A stretch of DNA of 63,832 nt from Paraspadella gotoi (lineage: Eukaryota > Animalia > Chaetognatha), in the NCBI GenBank assembly GCA_051294375.1, contig CM119265.1:62169-126000 (forward strand). Reading direction: 5' to 3'. Of this stretch, positions 33,457 through 44,912 are shown in pieces; the stretch's first letter is position 1; the number at the start of each line of letters is the position of its first letter. The notes below the pieces were generated by a model that was given only the letters and a program-made list of their open reading frames with translations, was not told where the DNA came from and ran no database searches. The translations under genes and the position numbers were made by a program.

Positions 33457-36400
33457 GAGGAGGAGGAGGAGGAGAGTTTGGCGAGTTCGATGTTGATAAT
33501 GGATTCGGATTTAAATTAGAGTTCGAACGAAGGGTTTCTCGACGACGGGGGAGGTCGACGAGTGCGAATGCCGGGGCGACGTCCCGGAGGCGGGGGAGAC
33601 GGAGGAGGCGATGGCGTCCGAGGCGGATCTGCGTCACCGGAAGTGTCGTCGTTCGCCTCGAAAGCGGGTTTTAAGCGTGAAATTGAAATGTTTTCATTGC
33701 CTCTCCCTGGAATCGCGATTTTGAATACTAAGTCGTCGCGAGAGATGACGCGGTATGGGCCGAGATACGGAGCTGAGAGGGACGTTGCCACGCCCCCTCG
33801 GCGAACGAAAACGTGAGAGGCGTGGCGTAAGGCGTCCGGGAGATGGATTTGTGGCTGGCGATGCGTGGAGGTTTGCGTTGGCTGAAGTCGAGCGACTTCG
33901 AGGCGGAGTTGAGCGAGCGTGCGTCGGCGTTGTGCGCGCTCCGCGGCGTCACTTCCGGTTTGAGATGAGATGAGGTCGCCGGGAACTGCTATGGGTTCGC
34001 CATAGACTAATTCAGCTGGAGTAGCGCCGACGTCGGGTTTTAAAGTAGTTCGAATGGCTAGTAGTGAGCAGGGTAGGCGCCAATACCAATCGCCATTGGT
34101 ATCAGCGCCCAACGCGATTAATGATTCCTTGAGACGGCGATGAAATCTTTCGACTAAGCCGTTTGATTGAGGATGATAGGGCGTGGTGAGGTTATGGGCT
34201 ATTCCCCATGAGGATAAGAGTTGACGCCACGTTGCTGAAAGGAATTGTGATCCGCGGTCGGTCGTCACTGTCGCTGGGACGCCGAATGCTGAAATCCAGC
34301 CGTGGACGAAGGCGTCAGCGACAGTTTTGGCGAGGATGTCCTTCATGGGGACAGCGATTGGCCAACGTGTGAATCGGTCGACTGCGGTTAAGATATAGTT
34401 ATATCCATTCGAAGGGGGAAGGGTGACGATGTCAATGTGAATATGACTGAAACGTTTGTCAGGTAATTCAAATGTGCCGATGTCGGGAATAGTATTGCGG
34501 ACAACTTTGGCGCGTTGACAGTCTTGGCACTCACGAGACCACCTGGACACGTCGGCGCGCATTGAGGGCCAAACGAATTTGTCAGCGACGGTCTGGCGCG
34601 TTCGCTCGACGCCGGGATGGCCGAGATTGTGAATTGTCTCAAACACACGTCGACGCCACGAGTAAGGCACGAATGGTCTGGGAGGGCCGTTGCTGATGTC
34701 GACGGTTATCGTCGAAGCGCCGAGAGGGAGTTGACGGAAACGTAGTCCAGATGAGGCGTCGGTCGAGATGCGTTGGAAGTCGGCGTCGAGAGGTTGGTCG
34801 GATGCCATTTTCTCCAGATCTAATCCATGTTGGAGAATGGAGAATGCTAATTGATTGACGCTTTGTTGTTTTGCTGCAGGCACTTCCTTGTCGATGGAGG
34901 CGACGATTGGTGGAGGATTGGGATTAGTGGAAGAGAAAGAAGGGAAGAGAGATTGGGGAGTGGGGGATGGGGGAGGGGAAGGAGGAGGGGAATTAGGATC
35001 TGGATTCTTTTCGGCGTTTGGGCGTGACAGCGAATCAGCGACGACGTTTGCCTTGCCGGCGAGATATTGAATGTCCGTTGTAAATTCGGCTATGCCGGCG
35101 AGTTGGTAGGTCTGTCGTGCTGTGTGCGGTTCTGTTTTCTTCGCTAAGGCCGGCACGAGGGATTTGTGATCCGTGTAGAGGGTAAAGTTGCGGCCTTCGA
35201 CCATCATTTTGAAATGGCGGACTGCTCGCCAGGCGGCGAGGAGCTCGCGGTCGAATGGCGGCCATAGCTGTTGATTTTTCTGAAGTTTCGCCGAAAAAAA
35301 TGCTAGTGGTTCCCAGCCTTTGGGACCACGCTGCTCCAGAACAGCGCCTATTGCAGTGTTGGAAGCGTCTGACGTTATTGCCAACGGAGCTCCTGGGCGA
35401 GGATGTCGAAGCATAGCTGCTTGAGAAAGGGCATCCTTGATTGACTCAAAGGCTTGTTGGCAATCTGGAGTCCAGTTCAGTACACGTGGCTTCGTCTTGC
35501 ATTTGAGGGCCTCGAAAAGAGGATAAAGGTGATGAGCTGATCTCGGGACGAAGCGTCGATAGTAATTGACGAGTCCTAGAAATCGTTGCAGCTCCTTTAT
35601 CGTTGTAGGCGGCGTCGTCTTGTTGATGGCGACGACTCTGTCGGGAAGTGGAGATATGCCATTGGCATCGACTCTGTAGCCGAGGAAGTCGAGGCCAGGT
35701 TTTCCCAAAACGCACTTCTGTCGATTTACAACGAGGCCGTTTTGGTGCAGGATGTCGAAAACCTGGCGAAGGTGCTCCTCGTGCTGCTGATGGTTTTCCG
35801 AGGCGACCAAGATATCGTCGATGTAGACGAATAGAAAGGGAAGTCCGTCGAGGATTTCGTCCATAAGACGCTGAAAGTCTTGACCAGCGTTTTTAAGCCC
35901 GAACGGAGTACGTGGAAAAACATATAATCCGAACGGGGTTATTACGCCGGTCTTGGCGACGTCCTCTTCGGCGACGGGTATTTGGTGGTAACCCTTTAGT
36001 AGATCGATTTTACTAAATACTCGTTTACCACTCAAATTGGCGTTGAAGTCGTTTAGCGTTTTGACCGGATACTTATCGTCGATAGTCGCGTTGTTGAGTC
36101 GACGGAAGTCTCCGCAGACTCGATAGCCGCCGTCGGGCTTGTTGACGACTAATAGAGGCGACGCCCACTCGCTTTTGGCGCGGCGAGCGATTCCTAACTC
36201 GCAGAGTTTATCCAGTTCTTTTTTAGCGACTTCAAGTTTGTCTGGGGCCAGTCGTCGAGCTCGAGATTGTACTGGCCTGCCGGTAGTGGGTATGTAATGT
36301 TTGACCCCGTGTTTGGGCTCAGTTGGTTGAAAAGAAGGGGTGCACAAGTTATGATATGAGTCTAGTAATTTGTAATATGGGTCATCTGCTTGTTCAACGA

Positions 36401-36806
36401 AATTGACCCTTATCGGTTGTTGTTTGTTTGCTCTAGATGCAGCTATGGTGCTGTAATCACGCAGATCTATTAAAAAACCATCGCGATGGTTTGGGGCAAG
36501 GAAATGCTCAGCCAGGAAGTCTGAGCCAAGGATTGGTTGTGTGACATCTGCGATGGTTACAATGAAGGAAAAAGAGCGCCTTCCGAGACGGATCTGGACG
36601 TCCTTGTAACCAAAGCAGGATATAAAAGAGCCGTTGGCGGCTTTGAGCTTAGTTTTTGTTTCTCCATTTTCCCGCTCACGTTTTGATGGAGGTATAATGG
36701 AGACGGTGGCTCCGCCGTCGACGAGCCAATTGAGCTTGTTCTTGGCGTCGTGGACGAACAGGAGAGAGTCTTTGGAGTTGACTTGGCCGGCCGGGATGGC
36801 GTTCAC
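33032..36806 (-). CDS. pol: Pol of A4 (one frameshift near 33535 in the integrase tail)
   Basis: ORF 33516-36806 plus tail ORF 33032-33637. Confidence 0.92.
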
Positions 36807-37882
36807 TTCCTCCCGCCGGCCTTCCCGTTTTCCTGCTGTTGACGGAAGCAGCCTGGTTCACAGTTTTTAGCTGCGTCGCCGAATTTGCGATGATAATAGC
36901 ACACGTCAACTCGCGTCGTTTTCTGCTGATATTTTGTAGTATTGGTCGGTGCCCGATCGGCGTTCACTGGGCGTCTGACGTTGTTGAAAGGTCGTCGAGC
37001 GGATTGACCTTGTCGTTGACGATTGACGGCGTTGATTTCGTCGTTGGGCGGCGCTTCGTCGTGCATAAGCGGCGTAATGGGCGGGTTGACGTTGTTGATT
37101 GAGCTGGAGGTTGTCGAGTGGAGAAGCTGGCCGTCGCGGTCGAAGTAGGCGTCGGCGAATTTCGCCGCCGCCTCGGCGTCGACGATTTCGACTCGCTCCG
37201 CTAGGCTGCGCTGAATCTCCGTTGGTAGCTCTCTTAGCAGAAGTTCCTTTAAAATATCGTCCACTGTGACCTTGCCCGCCTTTTCCTTCATGACGGCAAG
37301 AAGCTGTGAAGGACGTCGACCGTCTCGACGGGTACCGTCGATGAGTGAGGCGGCCTGTTGCGAGCGTGTGCGGCCATACTCTTCACGTAGATAACCGATG
37401 AATTCGGTCCAGCGAGCGTCGGAGGCCTCACCGAAAAGAAAAGCATTGATTCGAGGGTTAAAGTCCACAGTGAACTTGTCCTCTAGATGCGCGAATCTTT
37501 CCCTAGCGGAGGTCGTGCCGGCGCGGAGGTAAGCAGCTTCGACGCGCTGGATCCATAACTCCACGTTTTCGGCGTCAAAGTCGGGGAGTTTCGGCTTTTT
37601 GAGAGACAAACTCTGGAGTGACGCCGCGAGGGTGGTCGCGAGGGTGCGGACGAGTTCCGCCTGTGGATCAGGCGTTGGAGCTGACGCCATTGCTGGCGGC
37701 GTCGTTGGGAAGTCGAAGTTCGATTGGGAGACGTTTGACGTTGGAGAGCGGCGCCCTCTGCCAAATCCACAGAGGAGTGGAGGCGCGAGACGGTTGGCGT
37801 GGTCGTGGGAAGGCGTGGAGGCGTCGTCTGAGGTGCTGGGCTGCACTGCGCGCGCTCGAGTGCCACGTGCCGGTCCACTCAT
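36803..37882 (-). CDS. gag: Gag of A4 (359 aa)
   Basis: CHCC motif; homology to the other Gag copies. Confidence 0.93.
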   Translation of the reverse strand: MSGPARGTRARAVQPSTSDDASTPSHDHANRLAPPLLCGFGRGRRSPTSNVSQSNFDFPTTPPAMASAPTPDPQAELVRTLATTLAASLQSLSLKKPKLPDFDAENVELWIQRVEAAYLRAGTTSARERFAHLEDKFTVDFNPRINAFLFGEASDARWTEFIGYLREEYGRTRSQQAASLIDGTRRDGRRPSQLLAVMKEKAGKVTVDDILKELLLRELPTEIQRSLAERVEIVDAEAAAKFADAYFDRDGQLLHSTTSSSINNVNPPITPLMHDEAPPNDEINAVNRQRQGQSARRPFNNVRRPVNADRAPTNTTKYQQKTTRVDVCYYHRKFGDAAKNCEPGCFRQQQENGKAGGRK

Positions 37883-38341
37883 TCGTTGGAGTTGATCAGG
37901 CGAAATGGAAAGGAGAGAGGGATGTGGTAAGCGATAGGCAAGTTTTGCAGCCTAATTAATTCACAATTCTTGCCTACCTGAGGGAAAAACCTCTTGAGAG
38001 TCCAATTTGATCCCGTTGGTTTCGACTTCTTTGGATTTGTTTGTTGAAATTGTTTTTAAAACATTCGAAGTAGAGTGTCAGCGAGATTACCAGGCTAATT
38101 TTGTGAAAAAGTATGTCTAAGGCTTATTACAGGTTCGTTAGAGGCAGCAGGCTTTTGATTAGCTTCAGAAGGTTGGTTTTTGTTCAAGTCGGGCTCACCA
38201 GTTGTAGAGGTGAACACCCAGGCACCGAGAGAGTTAAAACAGNNNNNNNNNNNNNNNNNNNNNNNNNNNNNNNNNNNNNNNNNNNNNNNNNNNNNNNNNN
38301 NNNNNNNNNNNNNNNNNNNNNNNNNNNNNNNNNNNNNNNNN

Positions 38342-38744
38342 NGGGTTAGGGTTAGGGGTTAGGGTTAGGGTTAGGGTTAGGGTTATTAGGGTTAGGGGTT
38401 AGGGTTAGGTTAGAGGTAGGTTAGGGTTAGGGGTGTTAGGGTTAGGGTTAGGGTTAGGGTTAGGGTTAGGGTGTAGGGTTAGGGTTAGGGTTAGGGTTAG
38501 GGTTAGGGTTAGGGATTAGGGTTAGGTTAGGGTTAGGGTTAGGGTTAGGGTGGGTTTAGGGTTAGGGTTAGGGTTAGGGTTAGGGTTAGGGTTAGGGTTA
38601 GGTTAGGGTTAGGGTTAGGGTTAGGTTAGGGTTAGGGTTAGGGTTAGGGTTAGGGGGTTAGGTTAGGGTTAGGGTTAGGGTTAGGGTTAGGGTTAGGTAG
38701 GTTAGGGTTAGGGTTAGGGTTAGGGGTTAGGGTTAGGGTTAGGG

Positions 38745-38798
<54 letters not shown>

Positions 38799-39178
38799 GG
38801 TTAGGGTTAGGGTTAGGGTTAGGGTTAGGGTTAGGGTTAGGGTTAGGGTTAGGGTTAGGGTTAGGGTTAGGGTTAGGGTTAGGGTTAGGGTTAGGGTTAG
38901 GGTTAGGGTTAGGGTTAGGGTTAGGGTTAGGTGTTAGGGTTAGGGTTAGGGTTAGGGTTAGGGTTAGGGTTAGGGTTAGGGTTAGGGTTAGGGTTAGGGT
39001 TAGGGTTAGGGTTAGGGTTAGGGTTGGTTAGGGTTAGGGTTAGGTTAGGGTTAGGGTTAGGGTTAGGGTGTTAGGGTTAGGGTTAGGGTTAGGGTTAGGG
39101 TTAGGGTTAGGGTTAGGGTTAGGGTTAGGGTGTTAGGGTTAGGGTTAGGGGGTTAGGGGTTAGGGTTAGGGTTAGGGT
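38342..39178 (+). repeat. (TTAGGG)n tract 3
   Basis: tandem TTAGGG. Confidence 0.99.
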
Positions 39179-39879
39179 TCGCGGCCACTCGAGACAATTA
39201 ATTTCGGTGAAGAAATAATTATTCCAGAGTTGAATTCGAACCATCGAACTCAGGCCTGGGACGCTGGGACTATAGCCAATCAGAACCAGGAGGCCATGAG
39301 TCTTAGATGATTAAAACAGATCTTATAGCTTAAATCTTCTTCGAAGCCTTTGTTTTCAACTCAGATCAACTGATTTGTTCACAATCAATAGATGCTTCCC
39401 GCCTTTTCAAACTGATTAGTTCAACTGATTGTTTACCTGAAAAATCGATTTCTCTGATTATGTCACTGCTGGTTTTTAATCTCGAAATAAAACGTTGATC
39501 TTTCACAATAAAAAACATTGTTTTTAATTCTTCTCTCAATGTAAATAATACATTCTTCAAAGAGAAAAACCTTATTGTTGAAACTCTCTCAATTTGAATT
39601 CGAATTCTTAATAATCAAGTAATTTCTTCTACAAATGATTAAACTTCGATTTAAATATCTCAAACTGATTTAAACTCATTCGACTTGATTTTAACCTCGA
39701 TATTAAAATATCAAATTGAAAACAATCAACTCTGTCTATAATGTGACACGCTTTCCCTGCCCGGCAAGTTCATCTTCACTGAAGTGGATTCACTTTACTC
39801 GATTAGCTACGCGTCACGTTCCTGTCAAGCCGAGCGAGTGCCACGAGTCACGCTGTGGTGACCTCGATGTCGAGCCACA
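39179..39879 (+). repeat. 5' LTR of B3
   Basis: direct repeat of 45253-45947; antisense B-box variant at 39232-39242. Confidence 0.93.
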
Positions 39880-40065
39880 CATGGTGAAACCGACGACAAA
39901 CCAAAGCCAACCTTCAAGAAGGGATTCGACTTCACTCGGCTTTCCCCGAGGTAAGATTGGGCGGCGAAAGGGGTAATTGGCAAATCGCCCAATTATTAAC
40001 ACCCTCACTCCCTTCTTTTCGAATCCTACCGCTACCGGAGTCCACAACGCCACAACTCAGTGTCA

Positions 40066-41148
40066 ATGAGCGACCCCGACCTCCGCTCTCGCCTACGCTC
40101 TGCGCAGCGAAACGTCGACGACCAGCGCGACGCCGCTTCGAACCTACAAATACCCATAGGCTTCGGGCGAGGAGCGAGATCAAGGTCAACGTCTCCAGTT
40201 TTCGCCGACGCAGCTCCATCCTTCAACTTTCAGCCGACGAACGCCGGCAACTTCGTCGACGCCGAGATGGCGACAGGCGCTTCCAATCCACACGACCTTC
40301 AGGATGAAAACGCGGAACTCCGCGCGGCATTGGCCGCCGCCACTCGAGCCCTGGAAAGAGCAGCGAATCGAAAACCGGACTTGCCTGACTTCGACGCCTC
40401 TAATATCGAGATATGGATTAAGAGGGTCGAAGCAGCCTATACTAGAGCAGGGATTACAGCTCCTAAAGCGAAATTTGCGCATCTCGAATCTAAGATTGGA
40501 GTAAAGGTCGACCCGCGAATCAACCAGTTCCTCTATGGCGACCCTACAGAAGCAGCATGGCTCAGTTTCATAGACTACTTAAGAAAAGAGTACGGACTTA
40601 CTCGTCGCCAACAGGCGGCGAATCTACTCGACGCCATCGACGCAGACGGATTAAAACCCTCAAAGATTTTAGCACAACTGGAAGAAAAAACGCGCAATGT
40701 GACTCTAGACGATCTCCGAAAAGAAAAAGTGCTCCGGGAACTACCTATCGAAGTGAGAAGGCAGCTGGAGGACAAGGCGGACGAGTTATCAGCTCGTCAA
40801 CTCTGTGAGATGGCGGACCGCCATTTCGACAACGACGGCAACTTACGAATCCGCCAGTCATCGAATATCGTCAACCACGTCGATAGAAGTCAGCGAGACC
40901 AGAGCGAATCTGATTCGGACGACGACAACGGCGTCAACGCCGTTAACAGCAGCAACAAGCGCGCCTTCAACGCTAAAAAGAAACAACCTCACGCTAGGAA
41001 AGAGAAAGCAAAGGCAAAGCTCGTTACTTTGTGTCAGAAACACATAAAATTCGGGAATGACGCCTGGTCATGTGAGCCAGGGTGTTCAAAATTTGACGAG
41101 AGCCTGAAAAAACGTGAGGGAAACGCCAAAGGGGGACGACGTCGGTGA
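40066..41148 (+). CDS. gag: Gag of B3
   Basis: ATG at 40066 (MSDPDLRSRL); CQKHIKFGNDAWSCEPGC. Confidence 0.94.
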   Translation: MSDPDLRSRLRSAQRNVDDQRDAASNLQIPIGFGRGARSRSTSPVFADAAPSFNFQPTNAGNFVDAEMATGASNPHDLQDENAELRAALAAATRALERAANRKPDLPDFDASNIEIWIKRVEAAYTRAGITAPKAKFAHLESKIGVKVDPRINQFLYGDPTEAAWLSFIDYLRKEYGLTRRQQAANLLDAIDADGLKPSKILAQLEEKTRNVTLDDLRKEKVLRELPIEVRRQLEDKADELSARQLCEMADRHFDNDGNLRIRQSSNIVNHVDRSQRDQSESDSDDDNGVNAVNSSNKRAFNAKKKQPHARKEKAKAKLVTLCQKHIKFGNDAWSCEPGCSKFDESLKKREGNAKGGRRR

Positions 41149-41160
41149 ACGCCGTCCCCC
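41118..41160 (+). promoter_or_regulatory. -1 ribosomal frameshift signal
   Basis: canonical G_GGA_AAC heptamer, 6-nt spacer, hairpin GGGGGACG/CGTCCCCC. Confidence 0.85.
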
Positions 41161-44100
41161 TCGCTTCAACTCAATCACCGTCGACAAATAACCTCTTATA
41201 CATTCGCGACGCCGGCGATCGGACTAAGTGGTTGGTCGACGGCGGGGCTCTACTATCGATCGTCCCGCCTACAAAGGAGCAACGTCAAGCCGGCCCAGAT
41301 CCAAAGATCCGCCTTCAAGCCGCCAACGGCTCACCGATTGAGTGTTATGGGACAGTCGACAAAGTGGTTCAACTCGGCAATAGAAAGTTTAATTATGAAT
41401 TCATCGTCGCCAATGTCAAACAATTCATACTAGGCGCGGATTTCCTTGCTGAGAACTTTCTAGCACCTAACCACAGGGATGGACTACTACTTGATCTGCG
41501 TGATTACTCAACAATCGCCGCTTCAGTGGCGTCAGAAACTCCAGCGCACATCAACCTCGTCGACCGACAGGGCGAGCGATATTATAAACTCCTCGACTCT
41601 TTCCCATCACTAGCCACGCCAACTTTCGAGGTGAAAGATCCTAAGCATGGAGTTACACACTCCATTCCCACTGAAGGCAGACCATGCCAATCAAGGGCAC
41701 GCCGCTTAGATCCAGAAAAGCTGGCCGTCGCTAAACGTGAGCTGGAGAAAATGGTTTCTCTGGGCATAGCTCGACGTGGAAAATCTGAATGGTCATCTCC
41801 GCTTCATGTTGTGGAAAAACCCGACGGCGGATGGCGTTGTTGTGGGGATTACAGGCGCCTAAATTCCCAAACAATAGATGACAAATATCCAGTTAAACTT
41901 CTAACGGATTTTAACTCACAGCTTGAGGGAAAGACGATTTTTTCTAAAATCGATCTTTTGAAGGGCTATCATCAGATACCCGTCAATCCTGATGACGTTA
42001 AAAAAACGGCGGTTATCACCCCGTTTGGATTGTATGTCTTTCCACGTTGCCCATTCGGTCTTAAGAATGCCGGGCAAGATTTTCAGAGGCTCATGGATGA
42101 GATCTTGGGGGAAATCCCCCATACCTTTGTTTATCTTGACGACATTCTTGTTGCCTCATCGTCACCAGAGGAGCATTACCAAGACCTCGAGCGCGTGTTT
42201 AAAGCACTGGATGCCAACGGCTTAGTAGTAAATACTAAGAAATGTCTGCTAGGACAGGACTCGCTGGAGTTCCTAGGCTTCTTGGTGGACAAAAATGGCG
42301 TACGACCTCTGCCTAAACGCGTACAGACTCTCCAAGAAACGACAAGGCCAACTACCATCAAGGAACTCCAGCGGTTCCTAGGTATGGTAAATTACTACAG
42401 GCGCTTTATTCCGAAAGTCGCCCATAGATGCGCACCACTTTACGACGCATTAAGTGGCAAACCGAAAACCCTCGAATGGACAAGCGACTGCGATCGAGCA
42501 TTCGAAGCCATCAAGGAAGGATTAGTGCAAGCGGCTCTCCTCCACCACCCCAGAACCGGCGCTCAATTGTGCATCACGACCGACGCGTCGGACCAGGCAG
42601 TGGGCGCGGTCCTGGAGCAGCGTGGGCCAAAAGGCTGGGAACCGCTCGCCTTTTTTTCGACCAAACTGGCCAAAAACCAGAGGTTATGGCCTCCCTTCGA
42701 CAAGGAGCTTTTCGGCGCCTTCAAGGCCGTCCGGCATTTCCGGCATTGGGTGGAAGGACGTTCTTTTACGTTGTACACCGATCACCAGAGTTTGGTCTCA
42801 GCCATAAGGAAAAAGTCGGAACCACAAACAGTGCGTCAATCCTATCAATTGTCTGTCATTGCAGAATTTACGACGGATGTTAGGTACTTAAAGGGCAAGG
42901 CGAACGTGGTCGCCGACGCCCTATCTCGACCTAACGCCCTGCCGACGACGACGACTCCGCCGACGAATCCCTCCACGTCAGCGACGCAGGCCTCAACGCC
43001 AACGTCAACAGATTCACCGGCGACTCGGCCCAAAAACTCAATGACGACCTCATCATCAAGCGAGACCGCTCATACGCCTTCATCATCGACAGCGACGACC
43101 GATTCCGCGCTCATAGCGTCAACATCCTCAACAGAAAACGAAAAAGAGAGAGGAATAAAGGAGAATCGACTCGAGGACGCCCACGCGTTAATATCGTCGC
43201 TAACAAACTTCGAAATAAACTTCGAACAAATGGCAAGGGAGCAGGTGCTTGATCCAGATTACCAGAGCATAGCAGAGAATGCAAGATCAGGACTCTCATT
43301 TAGAAAAATTAAAGTGGGGGAACAAGATCTACTCGTTGACGTTTCAAACGGGCCGGCGCGCCCATTCGTCCCGGCGTCATGGCGCCGGCGGATTTTCGAC
43401 ATTATACATGGACTCGGCCATCCGGGAGTAGAGGCCACACGCAAAGCAGTCGCGGCCAAATTCGTCTGGACGTCGATGCGCCAAGACGTGACGAAGTGGG
43501 CGCGGGACTGCTTGGACTGCCAGCGAGCCAAAGTTACCAGACACGTTGTCCCGGAAATCGGCGAGTTTAAGGTGCCACCACAACGATTTCAACATCTCAA
43601 CTTAGATCTCGTTAAAATGCCAACGTCTAACGGCTTCTCTCACTTACTAACAATAGTCGACAGGTTTTCGAGATGGCCGTCAGCCATCCCGATCAAGGAC
43701 ACCCTCACTACAACCATTCTAGATGCTTTGAGTCACAATTGGATTAGTGTGTTCGGCACGCCCACAATAATCACCACCGATAGAGGAACTCAATTTAATT
43801 CCGCGCTGTGGCGTCAATTGACCAAAAGCTGGGGAATTAAACATCAGATGACGACCTCCTACCACCCCCAGGCGAACGGCCTAGTAGAACGATTTCATAG
43901 GAGGTTGAAGGAGTCCCTCATCGCCCTCGCTCGAGAAAACCGTGAAAAATGGTTTTGGAAGCTTCCAATGACAATGCTCGCAATTCGTACGACTATCAAA
44001 GAGGACATCGGCGCCTCCGCGGCCGATTTGGTCTTCGGCGAGGGCATCAGAGTCCCCGGCGCCCTTCTCGACGACCCTCAAAACGACAACGCCGAGCTAC

Positions 44101-44912
44101 AACGTCAACGACGGAACCAATTGGCGAAACTGCGCGTCGAGGTGGCGAGGCTACAACCAACTCCAACATCAGCTCATCACCATCCGACAATCCATCTTCC
44201 AAGCAACCTCCAGACGGCACAATACGTTTTCGTCAAACGCGCAGGCGTCAATCCACCCTTGGTCCCGCCCTACGAGGGCCCCTACAAGGTAATTAACAGA
44301 AATGGAATTAATTTTACAATTGAAATTCCCAGCGTCGGACGAGAGACGATCAACATCGCGCGCGTGAAGCCAGCTTGGGTCAGCGACGAGACGCTGGAGG
44401 TCGATCAAGCACACCCCCAGCGACGCCCACCAGGCCGTCGACCCGGTCCCAGGACAACAACGCCGGCGCCAACATCACGAATCACGCGTTCAAATCATCA
44501 ACGCGCCTCTTCACCCGATCCGACGCCTCCGTCTCCTCCTCCTCCTCCTCCTCCTCCTCCTCCTCCTTCACCGACCGTCTCCCCGACCTCACCCAAGCAA
44601 CCCCATCGTCTCCCCGACCCCCACCAGTCGCCTTTACGTTTTTTCTCAAATCCTTCCCATTCTCCCGAGCCTCCACGCAAGACGAGTCCAGCGTCAAAAA
44701 GGCAAAAAGGGGAAGACAACAACAACAACAACGAAAAGAGAGAGAATGAGCCAATCATCGAACGTTTCTCTAAGCCAAGCTCAGACGACTTCTCACGAAG
44801 ATGTCCAGGCATGACAAGACCTACATATTCCGTTGTACTGAAGGAGATGCTCAGAAGACAAAACGATCACAACAACAACAACCAAAAAAGCAAAAGTCCC
44901 CCTGTCACCTAA
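41145..44912 (+). CDS. pol: Pol of B3 (1255 aa, intact; probably made as Gag-Pol)
   Basis: uninterrupted ORF with PR, RT, RNase H, IN, GPY motif and long C-terminal tail. Confidence 0.97.
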   Translation: MNAVPLASTQSPSTNNLLYIRDAGDRTKWLVDGGALLSIVPPTKEQRQAGPDPKIRLQAANGSPIECYGTVDKVVQLGNRKFNYEFIVANVKQFILGADFLAENFLAPNHRDGLLLDLRDYSTIAASVASETPAHINLVDRQGERYYKLLDSFPSLATPTFEVKDPKHGVTHSIPTEGRPCQSRARRLDPEKLAVAKRELEKMVSLGIARRGKSEWSSPLHVVEKPDGGWRCCGDYRRLNSQTIDDKYPVKLLTDFNSQLEGKTIFSKIDLLKGYHQIPVNPDDVKKTAVITPFGLYVFPRCPFGLKNAGQDFQRLMDEILGEIPHTFVYLDDILVASSSPEEHYQDLERVFKALDANGLVVNTKKCLLGQDSLEFLGFLVDKNGVRPLPKRVQTLQETTRPTTIKELQRFLGMVNYYRRFIPKVAHRCAPLYDALSGKPKTLEWTSDCDRAFEAIKEGLVQAALLHHPRTGAQLCITTDASDQAVGAVLEQRGPKGWEPLAFFSTKLAKNQRLWPPFDKELFGAFKAVRHFRHWVEGRSFTLYTDHQSLVSAIRKKSEPQTVRQSYQLSVIAEFTTDVRYLKGKANVVADALSRPNALPTTTTPPTNPSTSATQASTPTSTDSPATRPKNSMTTSSSSETAHTPSSSTATTDSALIASTSSTENEKERGIKENRLEDAHALISSLTNFEINFEQMAREQVLDPDYQSIAENARSGLSFRKIKVGEQDLLVDVSNGPARPFVPASWRRRIFDIIHGLGHPGVEATRKAVAAKFVWTSMRQDVTKWARDCLDCQRAKVTRHVVPEIGEFKVPPQRFQHLNLDLVKMPTSNGFSHLLTIVDRFSRWPSAIPIKDTLTTTILDALSHNWISVFGTPTIITTDRGTQFNSALWRQLTKSWGIKHQMTTSYHPQANGLVERFHRRLKESLIALARENREKWFWKLPMTMLAIRTTIKEDIGASAADLVFGEGIRVPGALLDDPQNDNAELQRQRRNQLAKLRVEVARLQPTPTSAHHHPTIHLPSNLQTAQYVFVKRAGVNPPLVPPYEGPYKVINRNGINFTIEIPSVGRETINIARVKPAWVSDETLEVDQAHPQRRPPGRRPGPRTTTPAPTSRITRSNHQRASSPDPTPPSPPPPPPPPPPPSPTVSPTSPKQPHRLPDPHQSPLRFFSNPSHSPEPPRKTSPASKRQKGEDNNNNNEKRENEPIIERFSKPSSDDFSRRCPGMTRPTYSVVLKEMLRRQNDHNNNNQKSKSPPVT

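Larger units (their letters stand above)
32591..38242 (-). mobile_element. Ty3/Gypsy element, family A copy A4 (5' LTR runs into gap)
   Basis: LTR stub 38203-38242, PBS TGGTGAGCCCGAC ending at 38200, gag, pol, 3' UTR. Confidence 0.93.

Noticed and set aside
39856-39870. Second PBS-like sequence TGGTGACCTCGATGT inside the B3 U5
   Set aside because: Not conserved in B1 or B4 LTRs and explained as one arm of a terminal hairpin (TGTGG..CTCGA/TCGAG..CCACA).
44620-44800. Canonical TRFH-docking motif F/Y-x-L-x-P in the integrase tail
   Set aside because: The conserved motifs (RFSKP, RFLSP) do not match that consensus across copies.
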